NCBI GenBank assembly: GCA_010093705.1
Contig: MU006093.1
Span: forward strand, 1,013,301-1,077,300
Length of the DNA: 64,000 nt
Reading direction: 5' to 3'
Origin: Patellaria atrata CBS 101060
Lineage: Eukaryota
This document shows, piece by piece, positions 1 to 13,822 of the stretch; position 1 is the first letter of the stretch, and the number at the start of each line of letters is the position of its first letter. Below the pieces are notes generated by a model that was not told the DNA's origin, searched no databases, and saw only the letters and a list, made by a program, of their open reading frames with translations. A program made the translations under genes and the position numbers.

Positions 1-331
1 CACCCCGGAGATGAGGGAGAAATTGAGATCTATTGGAATGTCGGTGTTAGATTGGGACGCCTGCTCGACCCTCTGGGTGAAGAGTTGGGAAGATGCTGAA
101 AGATTCTTTGGAAGTCCAGAGTATTCCAAATTGGCAGATGATTGTAAACATTTCATGGACACATCTAACGGTATTCCATGTATGGCAGGGTGAGGTTCCA
201 CGGCTGCAAAGCACGTGTCTCTTTCTGGGTAGAAAGATTGCTAACAAAAATGCAGCCATGAGTTGATCGCATTCGGCAGAGGTGTGCCTGGAGTGGACGC
301 AAAGGATGGCATAAGGAGCTACCGCAAATGA
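1..331 (+). CDS. EthD-domain (dimeric alpha/beta barrel) protein, 3' part only (5' end lies outside the window); intron 190-255
   Basis: The translation LDWDACSTLWVKSWEDAERFFGSPEYSKLADDCKHFMD fits the fungal EthD pattern (D..s.lw..swed...f..peY...l..De..F.D). Removing the GTGAGG..CTAAC..TGCAG intron gives AGHELIAFG...YRK*. Confidence 0.75.
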
Positions 332-986
332 TCTTCATCGGATTATGGAACATTGAGATATCCAGAGCGCCGACAAGACGATCACAGTGATCTTTGCGAG
401 TCTGGAATTCGATTTCTATTAGACTATTGCAATACTAGAATAATCAGACAATATTGGAATCTCAACTCGGTTCCAATTACCTGGTTTGCTACCTCTTCTC
501 AGCCAGTCGTAGGTAGAGCTTGAGGTAGGAAAGCGTAAAATACTCGTAGCCTTGCTAGCATATTCGATTTTGACTGTTAAGCGACTTCAGACTGGATAAT
601 ATCCTCATGTGCTAAACTCTGGAGTCGAGGAAGTTGAATCAAACAGGCGGGAGTTGTGGCAAGCTGGACGTCGGCAAAGCGCATCCCCAATGGAAAAGGT
701 GATCCGGCCAACCTTCAACGTCGATTTTCACGATTTTCCAACGACACTATTCAATCCAGATCAGCTTGGGCCCTGCTCTGGCCCGTACGTCTAGGTCGGT
801 CTTTCCGGTAGTATGGGGCTCCAGGCTCTTAGTATGGTTAACTCGTGGGTCATGTTTCTGCGCTGAATCCGGGGTATGGGGAAGGATTCATATACTTTAT
901 ATCGACCGTGAAGCACTTTATTCGATCTCTAGGAAGCTCTTCCCATTATTCTGTCAACTCCAAAGTTGCATTGATCTCTCGCAACC

Positions 987-3101
987 ATGGCAGTGGAACT
1001 CATTGAGCCTCGAACCCCGTCTGCTGAACATGAGAAGAGAGATCTAGAAAAGATTGAGGTATACGATGCTTCTCCTCCATCAGAGGTAGCACCGCCTGCG
1101 GATACTGTTCCATTAACTTGGAAAACCTGGGTTGTAATTTTCGTAAGCCGCGTCCAAATTCGCATGTACGAGAGCTTGCTGACATTTTCGGAGATTCTCT
1201 CGTCAACTTTCGGATTGTCGTTCTGGCCAGTCCCGACTACCGCAGCTCTTCAGTCACAACTTGGACTCAGATGGGGTGACCCTGTCTCTGTTGGATGGTA
1301 TGGTATGTATTCGATGGTTATCTTTGCTGTACAAGTACGCTGGTGACTAAACATTCCTTAGTCCCCGCATATACCACGGCAAACTCAATTGGATTCTTGC
1401 TGGCAGGGGCGAACAGCGATCTCTTCGGACGTAGACTTTTCTTACTTGCTGGAAACATCTTCTGCTGCATTGGATTCTTAATCTCCGCAACGGCTAATGG
1501 TCCTGCACAATTCACTGCTGGTATCGCAATAGCCGGTTTCGGTGGAGGTTTCTGCCAAATGGCCATGTGCTCCATTCCTGAATTAATGCCCAACAAGTAT
1601 AGGCACATCGGTATATGCCTGTCGGACGGTTTTGTTTTCGTCATTGTAGTTATTGGACCAGTTGTCGGGAGGGTAAGTTTTGATCAATAGGTAAACCCTT
1701 TCCAATCGCACTAATAATAACTAGTACGCCATCGACAACGGAGACGCCTGGAGATACATCTATTACGGCGGATTCATCGCGCAATTTTTCTCACTCCTTG
1801 GAATATTCTTCTGGTATTATCCCCCAAAGCATCCTAAGGGTGTAGAATGGAAAGACGGCCTCAAAGGTTTGGATTATGTGGGAGCCCTACTCGTTACTCC
1901 AGGAGTCTGTCTGACTCTTGTTGGTATCATCAACACCACTGTGAGTACTCTTACTGTCAACGAATTAGCGAAATATTCCTAACGACTTGTAGTACAAGAA
2001 GTCCACTGATGTCACCGTAATTGCTCCCATGTGTGTTGGATTTGGCCTGCTCATCTTGTTCGGACTATGGGAAACTTTCTCCAGGTGAGAATCGTGCTGA
2101 AAATGTAAAACTTTCTAGACTAACAATAACAAGCGTCAAATATCCTCTTTGCCCACCTCGTATCTTCCGCGCGCACAATGGCCGCGAGTTCACCGTACCG
2201 TTCATTCTTGCTTTTATCGTAACCATGTTCTACTATGGTATCAACGTCATATATCCCACTATGATAAACGTCTTCTATAGTATGTCACGATCCCACGCTT
2301 TAGAAGGAATTATCAGCTTACAATATTAGTCACACCTACCACTTCGAGGTCCGAAACCCTTTTACTCACACTACCCGGCAACTTGGGTCTTGTATTTGGT
2401 GCTTGTCTCCTTATCGGCTTCGGCAACCTGTTCGGCCACTGGAAGTGGACTCTCGTAGCCTCGTGGTGCGGCATGACACTATTTGGTGGCCTCATGGCTA
2501 TGGTAACACCATACAATAAAGGGACTATGATCGCATTTACGTTTTTGATGCAGACATTCTTCGGCTGGGCTCAATACGAGTCCGTGGCGTTTACACAGTT
2601 GGGTGTACACCAGCACGACTTGGGCATCAGCGGCGGTCTCGCTGGTGTTGCCAGATATGCAGGAGGCTCTCTGGCTCAAGCAATCTACGTCTCCATTCTC
2701 GCGAACACGCAAAGCGCGCGGGCAAGAACGACAGTTCCCGCTGCCGCGATCGCTGCCGGACTCGATGCAGCCAATGGAGAACAGTTGCTGGGTGCGTTCG
2801 CATTGGGTTCGGAAGCGTTGATGGCTGTCCCGGGCATCGTAAGTTTGAACAAGCTCAAATTCGATTTTTCTTTTTGCTGATAAAGACTTTTCAGACCCCG
2901 GAGATCCTCGGGGCCGCCAGTGAAGCGTTCAAATGGTCATATGCCCACGGGCTGAAGATGACAGCGCTCTCGTCCCTTGCTTTTGCTGGTGTGGGACTCA
3001 TTTGCTGCCTGCTTTGCGAGAATATTGATGCCAAGATGAATAACAAGACGGAAATTTATCTCGAGAATGATGTGTATGCCGAGAAGAACGAGTTTCATTA
3101 G
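987..3101 (+). CDS. MFS transporter, fungal trichothecene efflux pump (TRI12)-like; 8 exons (introns 1143-1193, 1303-1361, 1673-1724, 1941-1992, 2085-2133, 2280-2328, 2839-2894)
   Basis: MFS motif A (GANSDLFGRR), IPELMPNKYRHIG, WRYIYYGG, FWYYPPKHPKG, LDYVG and many hydrophobic helices. The exons join in frame. Confidence 0.9.
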
Positions 3102-4160
3102 GGAAGAGCTTGTTTTTATTTGGTTTTTGGGAATTTTACCGCTGCGGTTAGTGTAACGTTGGTACATGCTGCAATAATCAAGACGTTTCTGCAACAGAAT
3201 CGAGGGGAAAATGAATTCATACCCTGCTATCTGACCCCGCGATGCCCTTATCAGGCTCTTTGAAATCTTATGAGATGATATAGGAGGCGGTGAATTATCG
3301 TCCGATGATTTGACGGTGAACAAAGTGTTTTTCGTTGTAACGAGCGACTTCGGTCTTGTATTAGCCCTAGTCACTGTCAATTGTTATCAAGTCACTATAC
3401 ATACCTTGCGAATATCACAATCTTACATTATTAAGGGCATCATCAGCCAAGCCATGTGAAAACAGCATACCAGCTGTTCTACCCAGCGATGTAGATTGAG
3501 AATACACCATGTGCGCTGACCCTAATTTTTCACCTCCAACTTACATATAGGCAGACTTTTAACTCTCATATTGCTTCTCCACAAATACTATGAGGAATAA
3601 TTCTTTATGCATACTCACTATATTCGCTATTGTCTCTATACCTAACTCTCCACCAAGGATTACCACACACCATTCCCCAGTGCACGTCCCAGTGCCACTT
3701 TAACCATGACAGGCGCTGGAGATCTCCCATCTGCAAACAACATGTGAACCGAGATCTTAATTCCACTGTCGCCACGGTGCCAAGGTTGTCTGATATTGTC
3801 AAAATCGGATCGGTACTGTATGCCGGAGGCTCACTCCGCAAACCTTAAGGTATAAGGTAGCGGTGCTCAATGTGTCCCCGCACAATTGTAGGATGTAGTC
3901 AGGTTAAGTGTGCAGCATATGGGAAAATGACTCAGTAGCGAGATTAGATGAGATAAGATTTGAAGTTCTTTCTCGGGGTATTCCCACCGTCCATGCGATG
4001 AAATTGAGCGTTGAGGACTACGAGATGTACATTTGGAAATTCGAAAGACGTGGGAAGAACGACGGGAGCGACTGAGAGCTGTAAAGTGGCAGGTCTATAG
4101 GCCCAAAATTACGCAATAAACAGTCCAAGAGGAAGCTGAACATGAGCTACTGCTTCACGT

Positions 4161-5118
4161 CTATGCTGGGTCTACCTTCCCCTTCATCTCTCTTTTCCCC
4201 TTCTCGATTCGTTCTAATTGATTCTCCATACGCGTCGCCTCCATCACCGCTCTCATAGCATCATCACAATAGGGGATCTGGTCCCTGAAGTAAAAGTTCT
4301 TTCCATTGATCTCCACCGCTAAACCGTAGTCTGCACCACTCTCTACCCCTTTTCCAACAGCATCTTGAATGGCGCCTCCGTCTATTAGTTTCTCTACGGT
4401 TGAGACAATGGTTTCAATCGGGGTGAAATATGAGTCTGGGAACGACTTCCATTCCTCACCGCTCAGGAGGTTAGTCCGTACTGTGCCGGGACAGATTGCG
4501 TAGCAACGGACGCCATCGTTATGATGATAAGGGAACGCAATAGAGCGCATGAACTGAACAACCCCAGCTTTCGCAGCCGAGTACATGGGGCAAAATTGGG
4601 ACGGATACTGTTGATCAATCAGTAATGGACTATATTGATTTCGTAACAAGATATGAAACACATACCAATCCACCACAACTTGCAGTCATAACTAGCGACG
4701 CCCCCTTTCCTTTATGTGGACTCAGCCTGAAATAGTGCAACGCAAGGAAGCTAGTATTGACCACCGCCTTCAAATTGATATCAATTGATAGTTGGTTCGG
4801 AGGATTTGGCGGAGAAGTGCCCTGTGACTGCTGTATTTCGTAAAAATTATCTCTTTCCACGATTCCCGCATTTGCAAAGACAAAGTCTAGTCGTCCAGCG
4901 GTCTTGAATGCAGTCTCAAATGTAGCACCAAGGGATGAGTAAGACGTTACATCCGTCCTGTGGAAATGGGAATTAGGTAGCGACGAGACGGCCTCCTTTC
5001 CAGCGGTTTCATTCAAATCGACGAGATGGACTGTCCAGTTTCCGCGTTTTGAGAGCGCAGTAGCAACGGCGAGGCCCATGCCTGAGGCACCACCTGTAAT
5101 GAGAGCGACCTTCGACAT
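4161..5118 (-). CDS. Short-chain dehydrogenase/reductase (15-hydroxyprostaglandin dehydrogenase-like); intron 4608-4665
   Basis: ALITGGASGMG, LDFVFANAG, catalytic YSAAK and ICPGTVRT motifs. The splice gives GGL|YPSQFCPMYSAAK. Confidence 0.92.
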
Positions 5119-5902
5119 GACGATATCTAGTGGAAGACAATTTGAACTGGATCTTTTGTATTGCAGTACTCGACTCCATAGAGGCCATGCTGTGCCATTA
5201 AGAGCAGCATCGAGCTACTTCCCTCTCCCTCGGTCGTGAACGGATTGACGTCCCCCCTAGGTAGAATCATGCTCCGCCGTCAGAAGTTCATGGATACCAA
5301 TGATGCGTAGTTCGTGTGATGTACCATGGTCACTTATTCCGAAGCGTGAAGACGGAAAAGTGTACCCGCTGTCTCAAGTAGGTAGTCGTGGGTCCATTCC
5401 CTCACCTCCTCTCTCGTAACTTCTGCTATGTACCGTTGCATCCATAGTGGATACTGAACTTGCTGTACTATTTTAAGAATTTATAATATATATTCGCAAT
5501 TCTCACCCTTCCGCATTCAGTCTCATCCGATTTTGGTCAGTTACCAGTCTCATGGCGGAAGGAGAGAGCTGCAACATCATGATATGACCATGGTTGAAGG
5601 AATGTACCAAAGTAGTATGGCAGAAGATGTATTGGAACCTAGTCTATAATATCCAAGGACGCAAGATAGCCGCAAGATCCATGAACATGATAAAGAAACT
5701 TTACTGTATCCGTGTCCATGCTCCTTGCAACTAACACCAAGAACTCTTCCCAATGCTAACCTAAGAAAACGCCAAGATCTAAATCATGGTGAAAATAGAC
5801 AGATGAAGAGCTAGAGAGCTAAAGAAAGGTACCGCATTAGTCTCTTGACGTTCAATATTCGCTCATCAAAGCCTGCTACACCAATCAAGCGATAACTACC
5901 GT

Positions 5903-7259
<1,357 letters not shown>

Positions 7260-7369
7260 GGTGAATAACGGATTGACTTGGACTGGTAGAGCAAGCTTGA
7301 AAACCTGAGGAGCGAATGGAACTGAGTCTGCAACTGCTGGCCTGAAGAGATATTCTGTGGTGGATAGTT

Positions 7370-7745
7370 GAGTCCTTAAATAGTTTTGATTCCCACTGCT
7401 AGAGTAAAATCAGGAGACTCGCAGGAGAATATGATGAACTGACCACCTTCCCTTTGAGATTAGGATATCTTTGTTGTGGGGGTCCCGATGGTTGTAGGTT
7501 CGTAGTCGTCGATCAGAAGTCGATATGTATTGGAGGCCGATTGCACACGCCTGCTTTGCATGTAAGGGTACAGAACGCCAGGAAGCTGGTCATTCGGCCT
7601 CATTGCTTTACTAACAAACGGATCAACATTACTCTCTAGGTAGGTGAGATGTAGCATCACAAGATATTAGGATAGCCTTCCAAGCAGTAAGGTAGGGCCA
7701 GAGCTGACCGAGACAGCCTTCAAGGACAGGACTGCCTTGGCATAA
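7370..7745 (-). promoter_or_regulatory. Protease promoter with a TATA-like element (TATTTAA, ~7376-7382) and two PacC-consensus GCCARG sites (7577-7582, 7736-7741)
   Basis: The motifs are read directly from the sequence, and fungal alkaline proteases are known PacC targets. Hexamers this short also occur by chance. Confidence 0.3.
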
Positions 7746-10700
7746 ACAGGAAATTAGAGCAGGATAGGACTCCAAAGGTACGGAATAATTATTGAAAGCG
7801 CCCTACCTTGCCGGTTCAGGTATGCAAGCCTAAAATTCTGGAATTCAAAAGATGATTCTATGCAGGAGAGAGCGGTATACTGCAAAGCTTACAGGCTGGG
7901 GACATATGGTAGTGGCCTATAGTATGGATATTTTGGAGGGTATTACCCAGTATGGAAGTAGTGAGAATTACAAACTCCTGCCCGATGTGTGTAGTCGGCT
8001 GAACTAGTCGACTTCTTTTGCCCTCTAACAGCCATACATCTAATCAGCATTTTGATCTGATGTAGGGTCAGACGGAACGAACCTTAGATAACGGTGACGG
8101 CTTGGTTGCTCCTCTACTGCAGCCACGACAACGCCGTGAGCGCCTCTGCCGTGTGGGGATAGGGTCGGTCCGCTTGCTGTTCCACTTGCACTGCGCAGGA
8201 GGCGCCCGCTACTTCAAGAATGGTAGGTGAAGGGGTTTGCCTGTGTACCTAAGCTCTGAACATTAGTAGCTGTACCAGATACAGAGCAACAACACACGCG
8301 ACATCAGACCTCTAAAGAAGAAATGACTAGCGAATAGTGAGGGGCAGTGGTTATCTAGTTAGAAACATATCTCCATGCCTCGCTTCTAAGCACGCGCGCT
8401 GATGCCCTGAAGATCAACGTGGGTCATCTCTCGCTCGATATGATCGCAAGAACGGGGAACTGTCACGATTGTCGCAACAGTGAAAACCAACAAGCGACCC
8501 CTTGACCTTGTCCGGTGGGTTGAGTCTTGACAGCGTAGATGTGCATTATTCGGGTATTGGTAGGAAGTTGGGAAGCTGTTTGCATTGAAAGTTGTTGACA
8601 AGTTGACAAGTTGAGGCAAATAGGGACCTGCCTGTTTGAGAAGGGAACCCCGCCAGCAACACCACAAATTTCACCTAGGACCGCCAAGCTTTTATATTAT
8701 ATACCACCCCTGGGAAAGCCGTCTGGTCGCTCTGTTGCGCCAGAAACCTTGATGGTCCTGATGATCTCGCCTATACGATAAGGTAGTAATGGTGTAAAGT
8801 AAGCGAAGAATAGACCAAAGTCTGTTGAGACTGCGGGCGCTGGATGGCGTTGATGGGTGATATGCAACATCTCGCAAGTGGCGGGTGGGGTTCCTATATA
8901 CCAGGCTGAGCATGTGCTGCGGTAGACGATCAGATGAAATATATGAGATCTCTGTATATGATAATAATATGTGTAAGGCGCATTCATCTAAACAATTCCA
9001 CTCCCGTAGCTCCGGATACGAGCGGAGAATAATTACGTCTTTATTTAATACAGGTGGAAACGTCTATATGAAAGAGACTAAATGAACCAAGTAGACGATA
9101 GAACAGTGAGAGGACATCGTGACTTCTATGGAAAAAAACAAAAACTTACGTGTTGAGATGAAAGATGCTCATTATTTCCGGACGAGCAGATTATGCACAG
9201 AGACGAATTTGACAGAAAAGCCGGGTGAAGTGCCAGAGCGCTTAGAACTAGACCCCAACGTGGGCGACAGTACAAGCAGAATGAGACATCATCAAAGACC
9301 ATACTCCCTCTTGCCCGCTTGCCGTTGTTATGCCCACATGATGTTTGACTCGAATGTAACCAACGCAGGAAGGAGGTACAACACAGTAGGATGAGAGTCC
9401 GAACTGCTTCGAGACGATCACCTCCTGTTGTAGCCGGAACATGGGCAGACGTCGGTTCCGACACCTTTCCAATGGGTTTCAAGGTATAATAGCAAGCAGT
9501 TCGATCGACAAAGCGCCAATACTCCTATAATGGTTATCTCCCGATATGTGCGATGTAGGCAAATACTATTGGGAAGGGTTTCACCTATCGATAGCAGGGT
9601 TGCTATTTGCTGTCAGGCGTTAATAGTCTTAATTCTATAACGACCGTTTCTAATAGCAACGCTCCAAACAAGACGGTATTTTCTTGGATTCTCTTTCTGG
9701 CGATATGCGGGCCCCATCTCTATCTGCAGAATATCGCTAGTGTCGGCCTTTAAAAATTCCTAATCATTTGTTCAAATGGCTCCTTTAATTGTAATGTTCC
9801 TCTTAGTTTAGGAAGGTCGTGGTCGAGGGCGCTAAGGTCTTCCCTAGTATCAACCTGGTTTGCTGAATATGGAAGCTAAAGAAGCGTATACTAGATACCA
9901 GGAGCCCACTTCCAGTCCGAATAGCTGGATCTCTAAGCAGAATAAAGGAGGTGACATGTCTGTACTGCGCTCTTTAATATTTGAGTTTGAATAAACGTGG
10001 GTCGGTAGAGAGACTATCGAAACGCGCCATGCAGTGCTTATGTACTAAATGCTCTATCAGTTAGTTTTAACCAAGTACGCATGCAGCAGATAAAATAAAT
10101 AGATGATATGATTACCTTGAGGTCCTTTTTCATAATAATAGAAGAATGATTCAGGTTCTAGATAGAGAAGTGTATTTAAAATACTCCTCGGCCAGAGCTT
10201 GCAGCATCTGATGCTGTAGTTCATTGACGGAAAGGGAGTAGACTCAATCCCAGAACAGACGCACGCATCGTACACGAGAATATATGGATGTCTATCAGGA
10301 CCTATCCATCACTATAGTAAGTAATATCGCCCTATGTGAAAGTAATAGGGGATGTATTGATGGATAAGTTTACAGTGATATTTTAAGGTTGCTCTTGAGT
10401 GATAGATACGTGGCGAACGCAGCTTATTTAAAAAGAAGTGAAATGCGCTTATCAATGTTATCTCGTCGTGCGCCTTCTCGGGGACGACCTGGTGTGAGTC
10501 CGTTAATGGTGTGCGAATGACCGTGTCGGTCGAATCCTGATAAGCCACGCAGGGAGATTGCATGCACCATAAACCAATCTCTCACGATCTTGTGAGCGTG
10601 ATCAACATTCCGCAACAAGTCGAGTATGCTGATAGAAACTATGCGATACCAAAGCATGTCGATTTTCGCTGACCCTGGGATTCACATCACCTACGGGAGG

Positions 10701-10844
10701 ATAGTCGGGATCCTGATTCCGCATAAGGGGCCGGAACGAAACAAAGAAACGCAATATGGTAGCTAGGTATTTGCTACGTCGATTGCGACTAGATATAGCT
10801 TAATCGAGTATCCATTAAAGTATCAGTTCTAATAGTGAGGCCGC

Positions 10845-11490
10845 ATGAAGAGAAGTGTTTATCCATAGGATGAAGTTTCTCGAGTGGTGGAGCAGTTAAA
10901 GGTCCTGAACTCTTTACTGTAATCTCGGCGCCAGAACCTCAAATATTAGAGAGAGGAGATCGTAAAGATATTACTCCTGTTTGAAAAGATGTTGGAGGGA
11001 CATCGCTCAGGTGTTTGGCGGAGCTTACGGTGTTGACCGAGGACAGTGAGTAGTGTTCATCGTAACTCAAGGTGATCTGGGCGGTTGAAGTGATGTTTGG
11101 GTTGGCCCTATTGTTGTACATGGGCCGGGACGTATCCATATAGATGCATACTTCATTGGCGATTGAAAACCTAAGAGAAAACCGCCAGAAACCCAGTTTG
11201 TTGCCGCCTATTAAAAGCTTTTCTTTGCATGGTATGTGGTACCGTAATAGGCGATTAACATGAACTAGTTCGTATTGGAAAAGCGTGCTGGAAAACGATA
11301 TTTCGGAGAACTTGAATTATAACGCGCAAACAACAATCCTGAATGGATTTTACTGAAATTTTGAAATTTGTTAAAGCATGAACATGGAGAAGAAGACAGG
11401 GATTGGCCTCAGTTTCCCATACAATAGATTCCATCCTAGATATCTTACACAATGAATTTCTTAAGATATCTCGGGAAACTAGAATTAGGT
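10845..11490 (+). pseudogene. Possible degraded gene relic of unknown family
   Basis: The frame from 10845 reads MKRSVYP*DEVSRVVEQLKVLNSLL*SRRQNLKY*REEIVKILLLFEKMLEG. A later segment reads DFTEILKFVKA*TWRRRQGLASVSHTIDSILDILHNEFLKISRETRI and ends at a GTATGC donor-like site. The stops could each arise from a single C>T change. Confidence 0.25.
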
Positions 11491-12356
11491 ATGCAACAAG
11501 TACACATCGATAACAGGGCCTAAAGTCTTAGGTTAGAATTCTGATGACAATGCCAGGGGTGATAACCTACCCCCGAGGTGTCATTGATAAAGTTCACCGG
11601 TTCTATCATATGGGTTTTCGTAACAGATGTACGCGAATCATCTTGCTCTTAGGCTTTAAGGATTAGGCCTATACGTTACACCTTTTGTGAAATGTGTGAT
11701 CGGTATTTTGAAGCTGAGGTGAGATCTCATATTTGGGTTAGAACTTAGAACTAGAGTTGAATTTGTCTACATACGCTATTCGTCATTGCAATCCTTTGCA
11801 AGGGCTGGAGTTTGGGGCTAAGCCGTTTTTGATCATGAAGAAGCATTCCGTCTCGCGTCGCAATTCGCACTCTTGAACTTAGAGCAACAACCCCCAAGAC
11901 TCCAAGATCCTCTCCCTTATTGTACGGTTTCTTACTTCGTTAAATAAGTCGACTAAAATTCTCTTCAGATTACAGAAAAGAATCGCTGAGTATATTATAT
12001 TGATAGTGCTATCGCGCAGATATCCCCATACGAAGCGCGTATATTTCACTCTCAGCAACTACTTACATTGATCCCGTCTTAACTCTCTCTGCGTCGCTAT
12101 AGGGGGTGTATTGCTAGCCTTTATCAATCAGTATAAATATGAGCCTCTAAGACGCGCTATGTATCTATACATGATCTCTACGGTATTTACCGAGTAGATT
12201 TTCAATACTTGGATTCAAGACACGTAGAACAAGCCAACCGTCTAACACCCAAGGTTGTACTTAATAGAACGTAATGAGATGTGAACGAATCACTACCTCA
12301 GAGTAATTGACCATATTCACTGGATCTCCTCAGTGGGCCCGATTCCAGTATCGTCA

Positions 12357-13192
12357 CTAACACATCATACCTCCATCTATGACTTGAACAGTCCCAGTCA
12401 TATATGATGAGGCATCACATAACAAAAACGCAATCAAATTGGCGACCTCCTCCGCTTTACCCTTTCTCGCAATCGGGATCTTGTAGTCCGGCTCCTTTCC
12501 CCGAATCCTCGTCGATTCACGATGCATAGGTGTGTCGATAGTACCCCTAAAGTCTATTAGTGCCGACTGTCCAGAAACACCTTCGATTGAGTAGGAAAGA
12601 CTATCAGTAGAAGTTTTACTCACGGCGCAATGCAATTAACCCTAATATCCCTATCACCAACCTCCTTCGCTGCTGTCTTAGTAAGTCCAATAACCCCCCA
12701 TTTCGCCGCCGTATACGCCGCATTCTTCGGAAATCCACCTAAGCCCGCCACACTCGCCGCGTTCACGATGCTAGCACCCCTGCTTGCGTTTGGGATCTGA
12801 GCACGCAAGCAGTGCATGACGCCCGTGAGGTTAACGTCGACTGTGAACTTCCAGTCCTCCTCGTTGAGCTCTTCCACCCTTTCGATATTGATGCATTTAG
12901 GAATCACGCCAGCTAGGTTAGCCGCGCCGTCCAATTTTCCAAATCGAGAAACCGTCTCTGATATCCAGGATTCAACCTGTGAGGGTTCGCGCACATCAAC
13001 AATGGTTGAGTGGACGGTTCCTCCGGCAGATTGGATCTGGGAGGCTACATCTTGGAGCCCTTTTGCTTGGACATCGGCAATAGAAACTTTGGCGCCTTGT
13101 GATGCTAGAAGTTGAGCCGTTGCGAGTCCGATTCCTGATGCTCCACCTGTGATAGCTATCACCTTATCCTTTACATCGTATGTAGGGCTCAT
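12357..13192 (-). CDS. Short-chain dehydrogenase/reductase (FabG-like classical SDR); intron 12547-12623
   Basis: IAITGGASGIG, GKLDGAANLAG, IVNAAS and catalytic YTAAK. The splice gives VNCIAP|GTIDTPM, and the C-terminus reads ASSYMTGTVQVIDGG. Confidence 0.93.
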
Positions 13193-13822
13193 GTTGCTCA
13201 AACCCAATCTAGATCACTTAATTCTGTCCTTATCTGTCAGATTTATGTTCTATGGTTCAGAAGGTTGTAATGGGGATAAGCCTAAGTGCGTTCGTTGGGG
13301 AGGGTGTGGCATAAATTATTGACGTTCGTACATAAAATCATGATTGGGTATATTATAGGGTTAAGGAATCATGGCAGGAGATAGCAAGGCCATTTTCCGA
13401 ACAGATGGGTCTGAGAATGCTTGCACCAGTCATTGACCCTCGGTTACCATAAGGTTGGTTTACATACGTTTCGTTGCTCTAATATTTCGGTTGTGAGCCC
13501 TAACTTAACTACGAAGATCAACGATTCGTACTAGCGGGTAAGGTTCGATACTGGGGAAACAGTAGGGGCCCGTAAGGGGGAAATAGTTCTTTAGTGTACA
13601 TCGATTGGCCCGAAGGAGGAAGATGCTACCGGTACCAAACATCGATCCCAACCCCATCTAATTTACCCCACATGGTCTAAGGAAAAGCTTAGCCGTAACG
13701 TCAGAGAACGCCTCTTAGGTATCTTGGATGCTTCTACCGTTGGAATGACACCAGAAAGAAAATAGCCCAAACAAACCCTTTGACTCGATCCCTAATAGCA
13801 ACTGAGACCGCCCAGAGGAACA

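Noticed and set aside
3101..4161. Intron-like signals and short ORFs between the convergent MFS and SDR genes
   Set aside because: No coherent reading frame or family similarity.
8590..8615. Short tandem GTTGACAA repeat
   Set aside because: About 2.5 copies of an 8-mer, consistent with ordinary slippage. It is not a CRISPR or LTR feature.
13535..13560. GGTTCGA T-loop-like motif suggesting a tRNA (also ~54950 and ~63952)
   Set aside because: No T-stem pairing, A box or cloverleaf.
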